Position numbers and translations under genes: made by a program. Below are positions 11,835-25,795 of a stretch of DNA of 64,000 bases, piece by piece. How positions within the stretch are numbered: the stretch's first letter is position 1; each line of letters starts with the position of its first letter. The notes below the pieces were generated by a model, which saw nothing but the letters and a program-made list of their open reading frames with translations, did no database searches and was not told the DNA's origin. The DNA is from Octopus vulgaris (taxonomy: Eukaryota): assembly GCA_951406725.2 (NCBI GenBank), contig OX597814.1, positions 152,272,001-152,336,000 of the forward strand, read 5' to 3'.

Positions 11835-12709
11835 CTTGTAAGACCCAATGCGCGTGCGTGTGGTGTGTGTACGCGTGTGTGAGTGTAACTTCTTTGCAAA
11901 GGAAATGAAATTTAGCCTTAACAAACGAATATTAGGAACATCGTTTGGTAGACTCCATGAACGTTTTGAATTGCTACTTCGTTACATTGTTCACAGCACG
12001 TTCTTAAACAGATTTTTCAACACTTCACAAATCATTTGTATATCGAGCGTCGATCTTTTTGTGTGTTAATGGCTTAAATTTTCATCAGCAATAACACTTG
12101 ATTAAACATTACTCAACAATTTAAGATAATCTTTTTTTTTTTTTTTGAAAGAGAATTTTAAATCCTTTCTAAGGAATATCCTGTAGTTAGTGTTCGACGA
12201 TGCGTTTATCAGTCGCCTTCATACTATGCTGTCAAAATGCCAGTTTGCATTTCTTAGTCTTTTACTCGAACCATTAAGCTAATTTTGATATATTTTTGCG
12301 TTTTCTTAGAAATTGTTATACAGAAACGTAACTCAAAAGCAAAAAAGAAAATAAACTATTGTAGAACGAGTGCTTTATTTACACAGAACGTTATTTCTAG
12401 ACAATTAATAATTATCAAATTGATACCTTTTTTTTTCTTCTCAGGATTGTGCCTGCTTAATAAAACGTGTGGGAAAGTAAGTAGTTATATCGTGGAAATA
12501 TGATGATAACCATTTAAAATTAACTTATATGGTCATATTTATCGTTATTCTATTTTGTGATAGTATTCTCTTTTTAATAAACTTTTGACTGGTTTCGCTC
12601 ATTGGACTGCAGCCATAGTATGGCCTGTCTTGGAGAGTGTTAGTCGATCACATCACTTCCCACCAGTTACTACTTCAATTTGTTATTTTATTTATAGTCA
12701 AAATTTAGC

Positions 12710-14703
12710 CTCACTGACCGAAGGAACAACATACCTTCTACCAAAGACTGAAGACCCGAAAAATCCAAAGAACTACCGACCAAAAACATGTCTCAACCCA
12801 ACTACAAGATCCTCACATCCATACTAACTGAAAAAATATAAACTTTCCTGAAACAGGACTCTATCCTTACACAAGCTCAAAAAGGTTGTAAAATGAATTT
12901 TTATGGATGCAAAGGTCAACTACTCATAAATAAAATGATTGTAGAGAATTGCCGGAACAACAAGAAGAATCTGAGTATGGCACTGATAGATTACAGAAAA
13001 GCGTTTGATAGTGGCCCACATAATTGGCAACTCAAGACCCTTGCGATATACAAGATCTCTCCTGTAATCTCCGAATTCTTACAAGGTAGCATGGCCAAGT
13101 GAAATACACGTCTAAACCATAGTAATAGGATTAGCCAATCTAAAAACATCAAACGAGGCATCTTTCAATGTGATTCCCTCTCCCATTACTCTTTTGCATG
13201 GCACTGATCCCACTCTCTAATGAACTAATTAACACCAGGTATGGGTTCAAATGTATAATATAGAAAATCATCTGTTTTATATGGACGATCTGAAGCTGTT
13301 TGCTAGAAATGACGAAGAGCTAGTAGGGCTGTTAACAGTTGTTAAAGAGCTCAGCAATGGATGGATTTTGGCCTTGAAAAGTGTGCTAAAGCAACTTTTG
13401 TGAGAGGAAAGCTCAAGCAAACAGCTTCCATTAAATTAGATACCGACACTACCATCAAGGAGCTTGACCCACAGTGAAGCTATAAATACCTGGGGATAAA
13501 CAAAGGAGGTGGTATACAACATGCTACTATGAAGGAAAAAAAATAAGAAAGGAGTATTATAGGAGAATAAGACTAGTATTAAAAACTCGTCTCATCTCCA
13601 AAAATTGCATCAAAGCCATTAACACTCTGGCAATTCCAGTAGTCCAATACAGTTGTAACATCATTAACTGGAATCTAACAGAACTCAAATGCCTGGACAG
13701 GAAGACATGAAAACTACTAACATCTAAGAACATGCACCACCCAAAAGCAGATGTTGATAGTCTGTACCTACCAAGAAGTAATGGAGGACGAGGAGTGATG
13801 CAGATAGAACTATGTTGTACGACCGCCACAGTAGCAATGAACAAGTACTAATCTAGTACAAAGGATTGGATGCTGCGGCTTGTGTGCAAATACGAAAGCA
13901 GCAAAAGATTACATTCTATTGTCAGGGAAGCTTGCAAATTCGCAAGGAAGCTTGACATTAACTCTGAATTAAATGAAGAACCTGAAATCACTGTCATGTA
14001 AAAAGCAAAACGAATCAGGCTGCAAATAAAACCGAACAGAAACAAATTGAGGAGCGGTGGAGCCAGAAGCCTCTAGATGGACAGTATATACTTCGAATCC
14101 GAAGTGCTGATGTAGACCATGCAGCAACAGTTGCTGAGAAGCTCAGGACTGAAAGCAGAGACTGAAAGTTTCATGTTGGCGATACATTTGATGAAACAAT
14201 AGACCATCTCGTCTCGGGATGTCCTGTGCTGACATCAAACGAATATAAAAATCGCCACGATAGGGTAGGATAGTTTTTACATCGGAAAATATATAAACGC
14301 TACAAAATCAGCACTCCTGCTTACTGGTATGAACATCATCCTGAGCCAGTCGTTGAAGGTAAAAATGTCGCTATCCTCTGGGATTTTCCAGTCAACACCC
14401 ACAGAACGATCCAGGCTAATCGACTAGACATAATTATTAAAGGCTTGGAAGAAAATACTTGTAGACTAATAGATGTAAGTTTTCCCACTGATAAAAATAT
14501 ATCTGTAAAGGAATTTGACAAATTAAGTAAACATAGGGACCTGGAAATTGAAATACAATAGGTGTGGCATCGTAAAACGAGAACTGTTCATGTTATTGTG
14601 GGTGACCTTGTTATGATAAGAAAGGGATGTCAGAAACATAGATAATATCCCAGGAGAACCATGTCTCGGCGAGTGACTGCAACACACATGCAGATTAACA
14701 GTA
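12710..14703 (+). pseudogene. R4/Dong-like RLE non-LTR retrotransposon, family 1 (decayed RT and RLE)
   Basis: LTEGTTYLLPK..NYRP, IDYRKAFDS, RGIFQCDSLSPLLF, FYMDDLKLF, MHHPKADVD, NRHDRVG, NRLDII; many stops and frameshifts; ends in (TAA)n. Confidence 0.9.

Positions 14704-14756
<53 letters not shown>
14704..14756. repeat. (TAA)n separating LINE 1 and LINE 2
   Basis: Direct read. Confidence 0.98.
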
Positions 14757-16073
14757 GGTATCAACACTTTAGCTGTCCCAGTTATATAATACAGCTACAA
14801 TATCCTTAACTGGACACGAAATGAACTGTCCAAAATAGATAGGAAAACAAGAAAAATACTGACAGGATCTAGGATGCATCACCCAAAATCTGACATAGAA
14901 AGACTATATATACAACGTATAGAAGGTGGTAGAGGCCTTATACAGCTGGAAAACTACTATAAAATAACCACCATAGGACTGCAAAAATACCTACTTCAGA
15001 AGGAAGGAAAACTGATCCAGATAGCAGCAAAACACGAGCAAAACAAAAAACTGTTCTCAGTATTTAAGGAAGCTGACAAATACAAACAAGAAATCATACC
15101 ACCTAATAAACACGAAGAAGAAGAAGAAGATGATGAAGAAACAACAAAAGCTATAAAACAAATGAAATCCAAACTAAGAATAGAACAGCAACGAACCATG
15201 ATAAAACGATGGCAAGAAAAGCCCCTTCATGGTAAATACTGGACTAAACTAAACGCAAAAGAAATAGACAAAGAAAAATCCCAGCAATGGTTGAGAAGCT
15301 CAGGACTCAAAGCAGAAACAGAGGGATTTTTAATTGCAGCACAAGACCAAAGCCTCCCCACCAGAAATTACCAAAAACATGTAATGAAAAGAAATAATAC
15401 AAGTAACTGCAGAATATGTGGAGATGGACAAGAAACAATAAATCATATTATCTCTAGCTGCCCAGTCCTGGCTAAGAAGGAATATATTCACAGACATGAC
15501 AGAGTTGGAACCTACATACATTGGAAGCTATGCCAACATTATGGAATAACAACAGAAAAAAGATGGTATAGGCACACACCAGAAAAGGTCACAGAAAACG
15601 AGAAAGCAACCATACTCTGGGATATGCCGATACACACAGATAGAGAAATTAAGGCCAACAGACCAGATATAGTTGTCAGAGATCATGAAGAAAAAAATGC
15701 TTTCTAATTGATGTATCAATACCGGCAGATGACAACGTGTCTCTAAAAGAAATGGAGAAACTCTCAAAATACAAAGACCTGGAAATAGAGGTAACTAGAA
15801 TGTGGAACCTGAAAACAGAAACAATTCCTATCATAGTAGGTGCATTAGGCATGATAAAAAAATATTCAGACAAATACATAACAAAAACACCAGGACTTAC
15901 AAACACATATAACATACAGAAAATTGCACTACTAGGCACTGCACACATCCTACGCAGAACACTTTCCATACAATAACCATCAGAGCATCACAACAAATCA
16001 CAGCACATACCCAAGGCACACAGAGCTGCGCTCGGTAGTGAAGTGAAAGCACGCTATAAAAATAAAACTACTG
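14757..16073 (+). mobile_element. R4/Dong-like RLE LINE, family 2, 5'-truncated, young
   Basis: ORF 14874-15707 plus frameshifted 15737-15976: MHHPKSDIERLY, CCHC knuckle CRICGDGQETINHIISSC, RHD, RPDIVV..LIDVSIP..EKLSKYKDL (PD-(D/E)xK), IIVGALG; (TAA)n on both sides. Confidence 0.95.
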
Positions 16074-16100
16074 AATAATAATAATAATAATAATAATAAT

Positions 16101-17481
16101 CATTGAAAAGAGGAAAGAGTTATAAGTATTTAGGAATATTAGAATTTGACAGAGTATTAACTCAGAAATGAAAATGGAAACTGAGGAGTACATCAGAATG
16201 GTGAGGAAGCTAATGAAATCAAAGCTAAATGGTCCGAAACTTGCAAAGGCTGTAAATACTTGGGCAGTATCATTACTTAGATACTCAGCAGCTTTTGTAG
16301 ATTGGACACAAACTGAATTAGCAAAGCTAGAGAGAAGAACTAGGAAGGAATTCAATATGAATGGAGGACTCCACCCAAGGGCAGAAGGTGGAAGAAGATT
16401 AATATCAGTAGAAGAATGCATGGAGTTTGCTAGAGTAGATATAGACTCCTATGTAGGTAATAGTGAAGAAAGTTTTTTTTAAAAGCTGCTAGAGTCACAG
16501 CAAGACATAGGGAAACCAAAAACCGAAACGAAGTTAAAACTAGAAAAAAGAACAGCGAGTATCTGACTAGCAGGAGAAGGCTTGCATGGTAGTTTCTCAA
16601 AGATAGTTGCAGCAAATAGTAGTAGGGAGACATGGTTATGGTCGCAGAAAAGAAAGCTGAAGAGGGAGGCAGTAAGTTTGTTAGTAGTTGCACAAGATCA
16701 AGCAATAAGGGCTAATTGGATAAAAGCCAAGTTAGACAAAAACCAAGTAGATTCCCAATGTAGATTATGCAAATCAAAAGTGGAAAGCGTTACTCATACA
16801 GTAAGTGAATGTAGCATGCTAGCACAGAATGAATATAAGAAAAGGCATGACAATCTAGGGAGAGAATTCCACTGGGGGCTATGTAGAAAGCTAGGATTTG
16901 AACATATTGATAAATGGTATAAACATGAACCTAGTAAAGTACTAGAAAGTAAGAAATACAAGATGTTGTAGGACTTTAATATTCAGACTGACAGAGTAAT
17001 AGAAGCTATAAGGCCTGATTTGGTAGTAGTAGATAAAGAGAATAGAAAGTGTCAGATAATTGACTTTACAATCCCAAATGATAAAAAAAATTAATATGAG
17101 AAGTATAGAAAAAATAGAAAAGTACTAGGACCTAGCTATTGAATTACAGAGACTACGGAAGGTTCGGGTAAAACGTATCCCAGTAGTTATAGGTGCATTG
17201 GGAACTATTCCTAAATATTTAAACAGATGGATAGAGGGAATAGGTATAAAACCCAATTTATTATAGCTCCAGAAAACAGTGGTTTGGGGGACAGCTAGGA
17301 TACTTAGGAGCATTCTTGGCATCTGAGGTCACTTGCTGTAACCAATAGGATGGTTCTTGGCATATAAGGCTACTTGTTGTAGCCTGATATTAAGATTCTT
17401 TTCTTTTCCAACAGTCTAATCTGTTGAGGGTATATGAAAAAAAAAATATAATAATGATGATGATGATGATGATGATGATAA
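16101..17481 (+). pseudogene. R4/Dong-like RLE LINE, family 3, 5'-truncated, decayed
   Basis: YKYLGI, AVNTWAVSLLRYS, AQDQA, CRLCKSKVESVTHTVSEC, KRHD, RPDLVVV, PVVIGALG; starts right after (AAT)n 16074-16100; A-run/TAA/(TGA)n tail. Confidence 0.9.
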
Positions 17482-18641
17482 TTGTGTTGATGAGGAAAAT
17501 GATTGTGTTGATGGGGATGATGATGATCGTATGAAGTGTTATAGAAAACAACGCGATTCGATTTTTGCTAACAATCATAGACTATACTCGGCTTACGGTA
17601 TTAATGCTACTGAAAAAGACATAAATATTTGCATATTACCATCTGTCTCTAGAAATGAATATAAGACTGTGTACTGTAAAACAATGTAAAAAAAAAATCT
17701 GTATTGCTTGCATTAATGTTGAATTCTTCTCGGTACAAGCTGATATTATGAACTGAAATCTATATTGAGAAACAACTAACAACATTAAATGCAGAATTCC
17801 AGTGTATATTCCAGTGTATATGCTTAGATTGACTGGCTAAATGTAAATATTGACATAAGTATGTGTATCTGCATATTTTCTTAATGTCACAACGTGTTAA
17901 TTTATACATACTGCTTCTTTGCTTGTTATTATTGCTGGCTATTATTTCATCGAATATATTTGGCAGAGACCGATGAAATACTTGTACTTTTGTATTTGTT
18001 ATTTAGTTACGGATTGTACGTTCTCAAGCACCTGCTAACATTAATTTAAACCAAGATCAATAGGGCGCCAATCAAGTACCGGTATTGATTTATTTGACCA
18101 TATCCTGCGCCCAAATGTGTGATATTGAGCCAATATCAAATGAACATATATATATATATATATTTAATTGCTGTTTAAGCTGTGTGCAGTCTTGAGCGAG
18201 AAGTTCAAAGATCGAAAACGTATCTGTCAGGACCATCCCATCTTTTGCAAAGGCAACAGTTCTAGAACTACATTACCCAATGCATTCTTCCATTTATTAA
18301 GTGATAGAGAGCAGTTTGATGGATATTTCACTGCTATTCTTAGCAGGTCCAACAACCACATAGAGGCTCCCACTTTCACTTACGAATACGGTATTTGATT
18401 GTTGCCTTTCACATCTTCATTCCAGCCAATGTTGGTTTTGCAATTCATTCTTCAGTAGTCGACGAAATAACAGCTAAGCGAATACTTGGGTGATATTATA
18501 ATCTATAGTTTCTAATCATCAAATTCCTGACGTTCTGCTAATATTCAAAATAATTATTGCAATTGTTGTTGTTATTGATGATGATCATCATCATCGTCAT
18601 CGTCGTCGTCGTCATCATCATCATTATCAGCAGCAGCAGCA

Positions 18642-18852
18642 GCCGTTCACGAATTTGGACCTGGAGATCTCCATTTCCAGCGACTTCGAGGGCCACCTCC
18701 CAGTGGTGTCGGGCGTCAACGAAGAGCCCTCGACTACAACAAGACGACCAAAGTTTTTTTTTTCCAAGGTCTGGGGTCTCCTGCCCCTAAGCCCTAGACC
18801 ATCACCTAATCACCCTTACCCGTTTTGTTGCTTAACAATAACAACAACAACA
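18642..18852 (+). mobile_element. ~205-bp (AAC)n-tailed retroposon, copy 2
   Basis: Near-identical to 4628-4833 with the same 5' start gccgttca; flanked by cagca repeats. Confidence 0.8.
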
Positions 18853-19699
18853 GCATCAGCAGCATGTTCATTGCTATCAAGTTTTTCATCTTCCCTTTCT
18901 CTTCTTACCACCCGAAAACATCTAGAGCTACCACACCATTAGAGCATCATCTTTGCACCACAACCACAACCACTATCATTATCATAACTATCATCTTCAT
19001 CATCCTTATGAACATCATCGTCGTAGCTGCCGTCGTTGTCTATTTTTATCATTATCATGAAATATATAATTGTGTGTATAGAAACTTTTGAGCTGGCCTG
19101 AACAGGTGTGTAAATATTTTCCTGCACGCACTGTCACACAGTATTAAATCTAAGACATTGGCTATCATTGAGATAATACTTGTGGTAATGCTTAAGACAG
19201 TTTCCATAGATATTCCTGTTAGATTCTTTCTAAATCTCACTATGAATTGATCTAAACTTTCATAAGTACTATCATAATCTATGCAAAATCCGATACTACC
19301 ATCATATACACTTATCTCTAATTAATGAGCAGGATGAACTCTAGTCTTAATTCGCCTGAGAAGGAAATATCAAACTTCTGAACATTATTGAATAACATGG
19401 AAAATTTTCCTTACACTCGTTTCATACTTTAATGGATTTCAAAACTGCAAATTTTGTCTCACTGAATAGTTCCAGATATTTAGACAAAAACGGATATTCT
19501 TCAACAGGAGATGAGAATTATTATCTAATTGCCAAATGTTTTTATGAAATATATATGATATATAGACACTCATACATATATGCAAGCATAACTGTTGTGT
19601 TTTGCTGCAAAATTTTTGATGTGAAATTGTGAAAGCCGTTGTACGTTTGTAGGGCAATTTTGTCAATATAAATACATGCACTGGTTTTATTATCATCTG

Positions 19700-19780
19700 T
19701 TAACCGTTTAATTACTCCATCGGTTGTATAATTAACCATTTGTACTCCATCAGTTGTGTGATTAGCCATTTGATCACTCA
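19700..19780. repeat. ~29-bp minisatellite, about 2.5 copies
   Basis: tactccatcggttgtataattaaccattt / tactccatcagttgtgtgattagccattt. Confidence 0.7.
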
Positions 19781-20265
19781 AGTAATTGCTTAGTAAGATT
19801 CTCTTACTGACATCGTCTTAAGATCTTCTTTGTGCGAAGATCCTCTTAGTAAGATGATCCCCTTCATACCAATGTACTACTCTAAAAAGTTTCACACACT
19901 TTTATAATTGAACGCGGTAAACTAATATTGTATGATCAGCTGGAAGCATTTAGCTTTCAGTATCAAAACTGATTTCCCCCCCCTCCAAAGGGCTATAACT
20001 AAACAACTTATCATCGGGAGGCACTACCTTACTGCTAATAACATATTTGGTTAATGTATACCGCAGAAATAAAAATTTATATCTCTATTAGCTAATTTTT
20101 TTTTCTTTTGAATTTGATTTAAAATATTCAGGAGCAGTTCACTCAGAATTATAATGCTTTCTTGTGACAAGACTTACGTTGGGTTTTTTGTAAGGAAATA
20201 TGTATATAAATGATTAAATGATAAAATAGAACCCCTGTATATAATTGTATTATTATATATCTATA

Positions 20266-20680
20266 GGCGCAGGAGTGGCTGTGTGGTAAGTAGCTTGCTT
20301 ACCAATCACAGGGTTCCGAGTTCATTCCCACTGCGTGGCACCTTGGGCAAGTATCTTCTACTATAGCCTCGGGCCGACCAAAGCCTTGTGAGTGGATTTG
20401 GTAGACAGAAACTGAAAGAAGCTCCTCGTATATAAGTGTATATATATATATGGGTGTATGTGTGTGTATATGTTTGTGTGTCTGTGTTTGTCCCTCCAAC
20501 ATCGCTTGACAACCGATGCTGGTGTGTTTACGTCCTCGTAACTTAGCGGTTCGGCAAAAGAAACCAATAGAATAAGTCCTAGGTTTCCATGAATAAGTCC
20601 TGGAGTCGATTTACGCGACCAAAGGCGGCGCTCCAGCATAGCCGAAGTCAAATGACTGAAACAAGTAAAAAAGATAAGAG
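20266..20680 (+). mobile_element. SINE family B, full length, with internal microsatellite
   Basis: A-box tggctgtgtgg, B-box-like gagttcattccc, CORE-like gcaccttgggcaagt, internal TA/TG tract, tail gactgaaacaagtaaaa. Confidence 0.9.
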
Positions 20681-21859
20681 ATATAGGCTATCGTATTTTC
20701 ATACTATAAATCAAGAAGTAAGGGACTCGTCGTGACGTTCCTGCCTGACTTGATAACAATAATTAATGATATATAGGAAGTTAAATTGTTTTTAACTGGA
20801 AATCCAATCCTCATTGTGGTTTCCATGAATCTGGAATTTACATCTTTGTTTCATCGCACATGAGATTTGGGTAGGTGCGATTGACCACCCATGAGGTCTT
20901 ATGTTTCTAGGCAGCGGAATGTCGTAACGTAAGAGATCATTGACTTTCTTAAGAATCTGAGATAGTACTTGACAACTAAAACATCATCAAAAAATCATTT
21001 TAACACAAAATAATTTCCACATTCACTTCTGTATATTTTTTTTTAATAGCACTTACTATCAAGTGTCAAAAGTGTTGTTGTTGAACATCTGCGACCTCGT
21101 CATTAAAGTGAATCGATTAGACACTTCGTAGTAATGAAGCTCCAAGAATAAAAAAAAATTTGCTAAAACGTAAAGAGTGAATATAACGGTTTACAATATA
21201 GTTGCTAATAGTAATGTAAGAAACTGCCACGCTTGGAAATCGAAACCGTTTTTCAAAATCCGTCGGATAGGAATTTATTTATAGTGGCTATTACTTTACT
21301 GCAATGCTGTCAAATGACTTCCAATAATAATTGTAATTGTATTTTATGTGTTATTATCTTGTTTAGTTAAATTGTTTACTGACTTTCTCTTGGTATTTCC
21401 CAAAATATTACACTAATCACAAATTGACTGAGGCAATTAGTTATATGAAAATAGTTACAAAAACTAAGCAGCTAATTTCCCATGCTTTCTTCGTGGCACC
21501 AGAAATAACTTCGTACCAAACACATTTATTTCTAATTTATAATAATTTATAATTATTGCAAATTTCGCGAATATGTTTCCATTGATTGCACATCGATTTC
21601 TTCTGCCATTTGCATGAGGCTTGAACATTATAAGACATTTATTATGTCATTTTATCGTTTCTGTTACTCACCCAGCTTATAGGACATAAACATAGATTTC
21701 TTGTATTAGCATAGAGAAACACAGTCCACTGAAAATGACTAGAAATATACTTCTTTTTGACTTGTATTTTATAATATACCTCTTTAAGTAGAAGTCTTGC
21801 TAGCCACCTCATTATTACTGTTTTAACACTAATAATACTTCACATATTTCCTTCTCTCT

Positions 21860-21862
21860 CTC

Positions 21863-21954
<92 letters not shown>

Positions 21955-22008
21955 TATTTCCTTTTATATATATACATATGTGTGTATGTATGTATGTATG
22001 TATGTATC
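21860..22008. repeat. (TA)n/(TG)n/(TATG)n microsatellite
   Basis: Direct read. Confidence 0.95.
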
Positions 22009-22056
22009 GTCTATTGCACTGGTTTGCCTCACTGCACCAGAAACGTATCTCTGTTA

Positions 22057-23395
22057 GGCTAAGCTGGAATAATTCAGATCTATTGATTTATCAAGAATTG
22101 TTAAGTTGCAACTGCTGAAAGAATTATTATTCGTTTGAAAGTTTCAGTTATTAGATTACGGTCATGCTGGAGCATCGCCTTCAACGGTTTTACTCAATCA
22201 TATCGACCGTAGTATTTTTTTTTTATCTAGTATTGTTTCATCGACAAGCTAAGCATCAAATTTTGGACATAGCGTGATCTAAACAGATACAGTGATTAAT
22301 AACGGTATAAAAAATAATAGACAAACATGCTTACAAACAAACATGCACACTTAACACAGACAACGCATACATGCACTTATACGTCGGTGATAGTTCAGCT
22401 CACTTAAAGTTACATATCCTCAGGGCAGTCATTTGTATTCAGCATCAGATAAAACACAGTTAATACAGAAGAGTAACAAAATATTCGATAGTAAGTCAGA
22501 AGCTGCATTCTTGTTTCATGATTATCTAAAGGATACCCTAATGATATGAATCGTTAAGAAACAAGAAAAATAAAACTGTTGGCTGAACTATAATTAATGC
22601 ATTAAATATTTACTCCATCATTGTTTTTTAGCTCTCTATTACTTTGTTCGTAGCTTCACCGTGTGTGTATGAATTTAAATACATACGCACACTACTAATA
22701 TATGTGAGTGTGTGTATGTGTGCGTGTCTGTGTGTATGTGTGTGTGCGTCCGTGTATGAACTCACATACAAACACAGTACCAATCATATGAATGCAGTTT
22801 TCTGGTTAGTTAAAGATTCATATCATTAAAGTATTTTTCAGATTATCATCAGATGAGAATGCAGCTTCATTACTGCTGACTTATCATCGAATATTTTGCT
22901 TCTCTTCGCTATTAACTATATTCTTTCTAATAATGACTAGTGCGCCACTGTGCTTTGATGCCGAATTCTCGTCAGATGACTATCCTAACTGTATGAAACT
23001 TTAAGCTGAACCATCATCGACGTTTATGTGTGTAGGTGTGCGCTCGTGGTGTGTGCATGTATTTGTATGTGATTGTGTGTGTGTGAGTGTGTGTATGTGT
23101 GTGTGTGTGTATGTGTATGTGCGTGCGAATCTATGTTTGTTCATACTGCTATAAATCACTGTGTCTAGTTAGGTCATTTTATCTTAAAAAACAAGTGACG
23201 TTTAGCCATTCGCTAAACTGTGTACCGGACTGGAATATCTACTAGGGTTGATATGATTGAGTAAAACCGCTAAAGGCGATGCTCCAGTATGACTGTAATG
23301 ATAACTGAAACTATCAAAAGAATAAGAACTCTGTCAGCAGTTGTAACTTGACAATTCTCTGTGAATCGATACATGTAAATTATTCTAACTTGGCC
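22057..23395. repeat. Long diverged inverted duplication (arms ~22057-22578 and ~22795-23395)
   Basis: Collinear complementary blocks, e.g. ggttttactcaatcatatc/gatatgattgagtaaaacc, gaagctgcattct/agaatgcagcttc, taatgatatgaatc/gattcatatcatta. Confidence 0.85.
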
Positions 23396-23759
23396 CTGCA
23401 ACACTTTAAACTAATTGAGATATGTCTAACGATGTAATTTTATTCATAGCTAGTTCTGCTCAAAGCTAAAAGAAACAGATAGGTGTCTTACCCAAGGAGT
23501 CAAAGCAGTGCATTAAACGAAATATAAATTGTAGCTCTATGAATCAATCGATTTGGCCTTAATCTATGAAATATTTCACATACCACAAGAGAGACATCAT
23601 AACAAAACCCATTTTAGAAGTTTCTAGATTGAACTGATTATAGTATTTGATAATAGATTTCATTTACATTCTAAATTTTATTAGAATTTTATTGATGTGT
23701 TCATAAACTAAGCATGTTAGATATTCCAGATTTTCGGAATTAAATTTCTGTTTTTCTCC

Positions 23760-24190
23760 ATAATGACAGAATCGTTAAGATATTTCTTCCGGTTCTTTAC
23801 GTTCTGAGTTCAAAATTCTGCAGGGTTCAGCTTCGCTTTCCATCTTTCCTGCATCGATAAAATAAAGTACCAGTCAAGAACTGGAGTAGAGTTGATGCGA
23901 TTGCCTAGCTACTGCATTCAGAATTTATGGTCGTGCGCTTATATCAAAAACAAAAATCTACTATTATTATCGAAGGCGGCGAACTGACAGAATCGTTAGC
24001 GCGTCGGACGGTCAAAATGCTTAGCGGCATTTCGTCCGTCTTTTTGTTCTGAGTTCATATTTCGCCGTGATTGACTTTACCTTTCATCCTTTCGAGATTG
24101 ATAAAATAAGTCCCAGTCAAGTGTTGGGGATTGTGCAATCGACTAGCGTCCTACCCAAAATTTCAGTCTTGTGCCTATAGAAGAAAGAAT
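23760..24190 (+). mobile_element. Two tandem SINE A copies
   Basis: cagaatcgttaag...tacgttctgagttcaaa and aaggcggcgaactgacagaatcgttagc. Confidence 0.85.
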
Positions 24191-25555
24191 TATTGTAGAT
24201 GTGGTTGTTGTAATTCCTGCTGATAACCAGTACAAATCAACGAAGTAGATTCTTGGTGATCGGTCGAAATGCTTGAAAAAAAAAACTCAGACCCTACCAT
24301 AGTATTCTATACAAGAATAGATACAATTTGGACAATAGTCTGTTGTGTGGACACCCCCAGACGATGAAGTAGACTAGCCCAATACGTAGATATAGAGGGA
24401 GAAGTCTAGACGTCGAAAAGTGGAGTAGAGTTGAGTAGAAGGCATCCGAACGTGCAACATAATCTAGTCCCGGCAAATTAACATTTTTTCAATGTTTTTG
24501 TCTGGAAATAGATGTGTCCACGGCCTTTGCAAGCCATCTGAGGCCAGTAAGATTAATACTGCTAACATTACTGATAAACATTTGGAAGTAGAAGACTCCA
24601 TGAAAAACGTTTGCAGGGTTGACGATTTGGGAGGGAAGAGTTGATTTTGATCAGTTCCATATCAACCTTGATCGGGCAGTTGTATGGCCAAAGACTTTTC
24701 ATATCATTCCGTATTTTGCTATTTATTATTTATCTTTGCGTATCTAAAACTGCGTTGTCTGATTTGTCTTTAAAAAAAAAGGCAGTAGATTTTGATTAAA
24801 GAGAATTTGGCTGTTATATTCAGTAGGTCGAATGATGCATAAAGACTCTCTCCCCATTCGCCCATAAACTTTGTAGCTTATGGAGATGATGAGGCTATAT
24901 GATATTCGTACCTTCTCAAATGCAATTACGATATGAATGAAGTGATATCACTACTGTAGGGATTTGAAACCGAACTGTGGAATCGGTTTGTTTATAAATA
25001 ACACCTCATGTAACTTATATCGGTTCTCTATATTGATGACAGATAGCTGAAATGAATGTATTGATTTCATATTGCAACGTTTCTGCTAATTAGGTTTAAA
25101 ACTGGATAGATTAGTCACATGTAACATGAAGAACATAGACGAAGTGAGAAATTGTAGAAATATAAAAAAACTAGAGGAGGAAGTGGTAGAAAGACGGAGA
25201 GACTGAAGGAAAAGCATAAGCGGGGAATAACTTATTTTAAGATAATTGCAATATCAAATCAAGCAATGTAATCATAATTCTGCGGATGCTAATGTAATTT
25301 GATTTATTCAGTAAAAATCTGCGACATTCCATTGGAATCAAACAGAAGTTCCTTAAAAGAGAGAAAAAAATTTGTAAAATAGGCTTTAACCCTTTGAAAT
25401 CCCCTACCTCTCTCTATTATCTTGTAGCTATTGAGATAAGCCAACATAACAGCCTTTATATGTTTGCTCGACATGTTTGAAGAACAGTCAAATATCCCTC
25501 AAATGTTACCCAACTGTGAAAAAGAACATGTAGAATAACTTTGATCAAGAATACC

Positions 25556-25795
25556 TATTTTTATTTCTTTACTACCCACAAGGGGCTAAACACAGAGAGG
25601 ACAAACAAGGACAGACAAACGGATTAAGTCGATTATATCGACCTCAGTGCGTAACTGGTACTTATTTAATCGACCTCGAAAGTATGAAAGGCAAATTCGA
25701 CCTCGGCGGAATTTGAACTTAGAACGTAGTGGCAGACGAAAATACCGCTAAGCATTTCGCCCGGCGTGCTAACGTTTCTGCCAGCTCGCTGCCTT
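25556..25795 (-). mobile_element. SINE family A, full length, with 16-bp TSD
   Basis: Reverse complement of 43524-43756; TSD tttgatcaagaatacc at 25540-25555 and 25796-25811. Confidence 0.95.

Noticed and set aside
20266-20340. tRNA-like A/B boxes here and in other SINE heads
   Set aside because: They continue into SINE bodies and lack a full cloverleaf, so they are not tRNA genes
22820-22860. Minus-strand tcat-CTGATGA-taatct-GAAA-aatactt-TA-atga hammerhead-like string
   Set aside because: No stem II closing pair, weak A-U stem III, and the core is not conserved in the other palindrome arm
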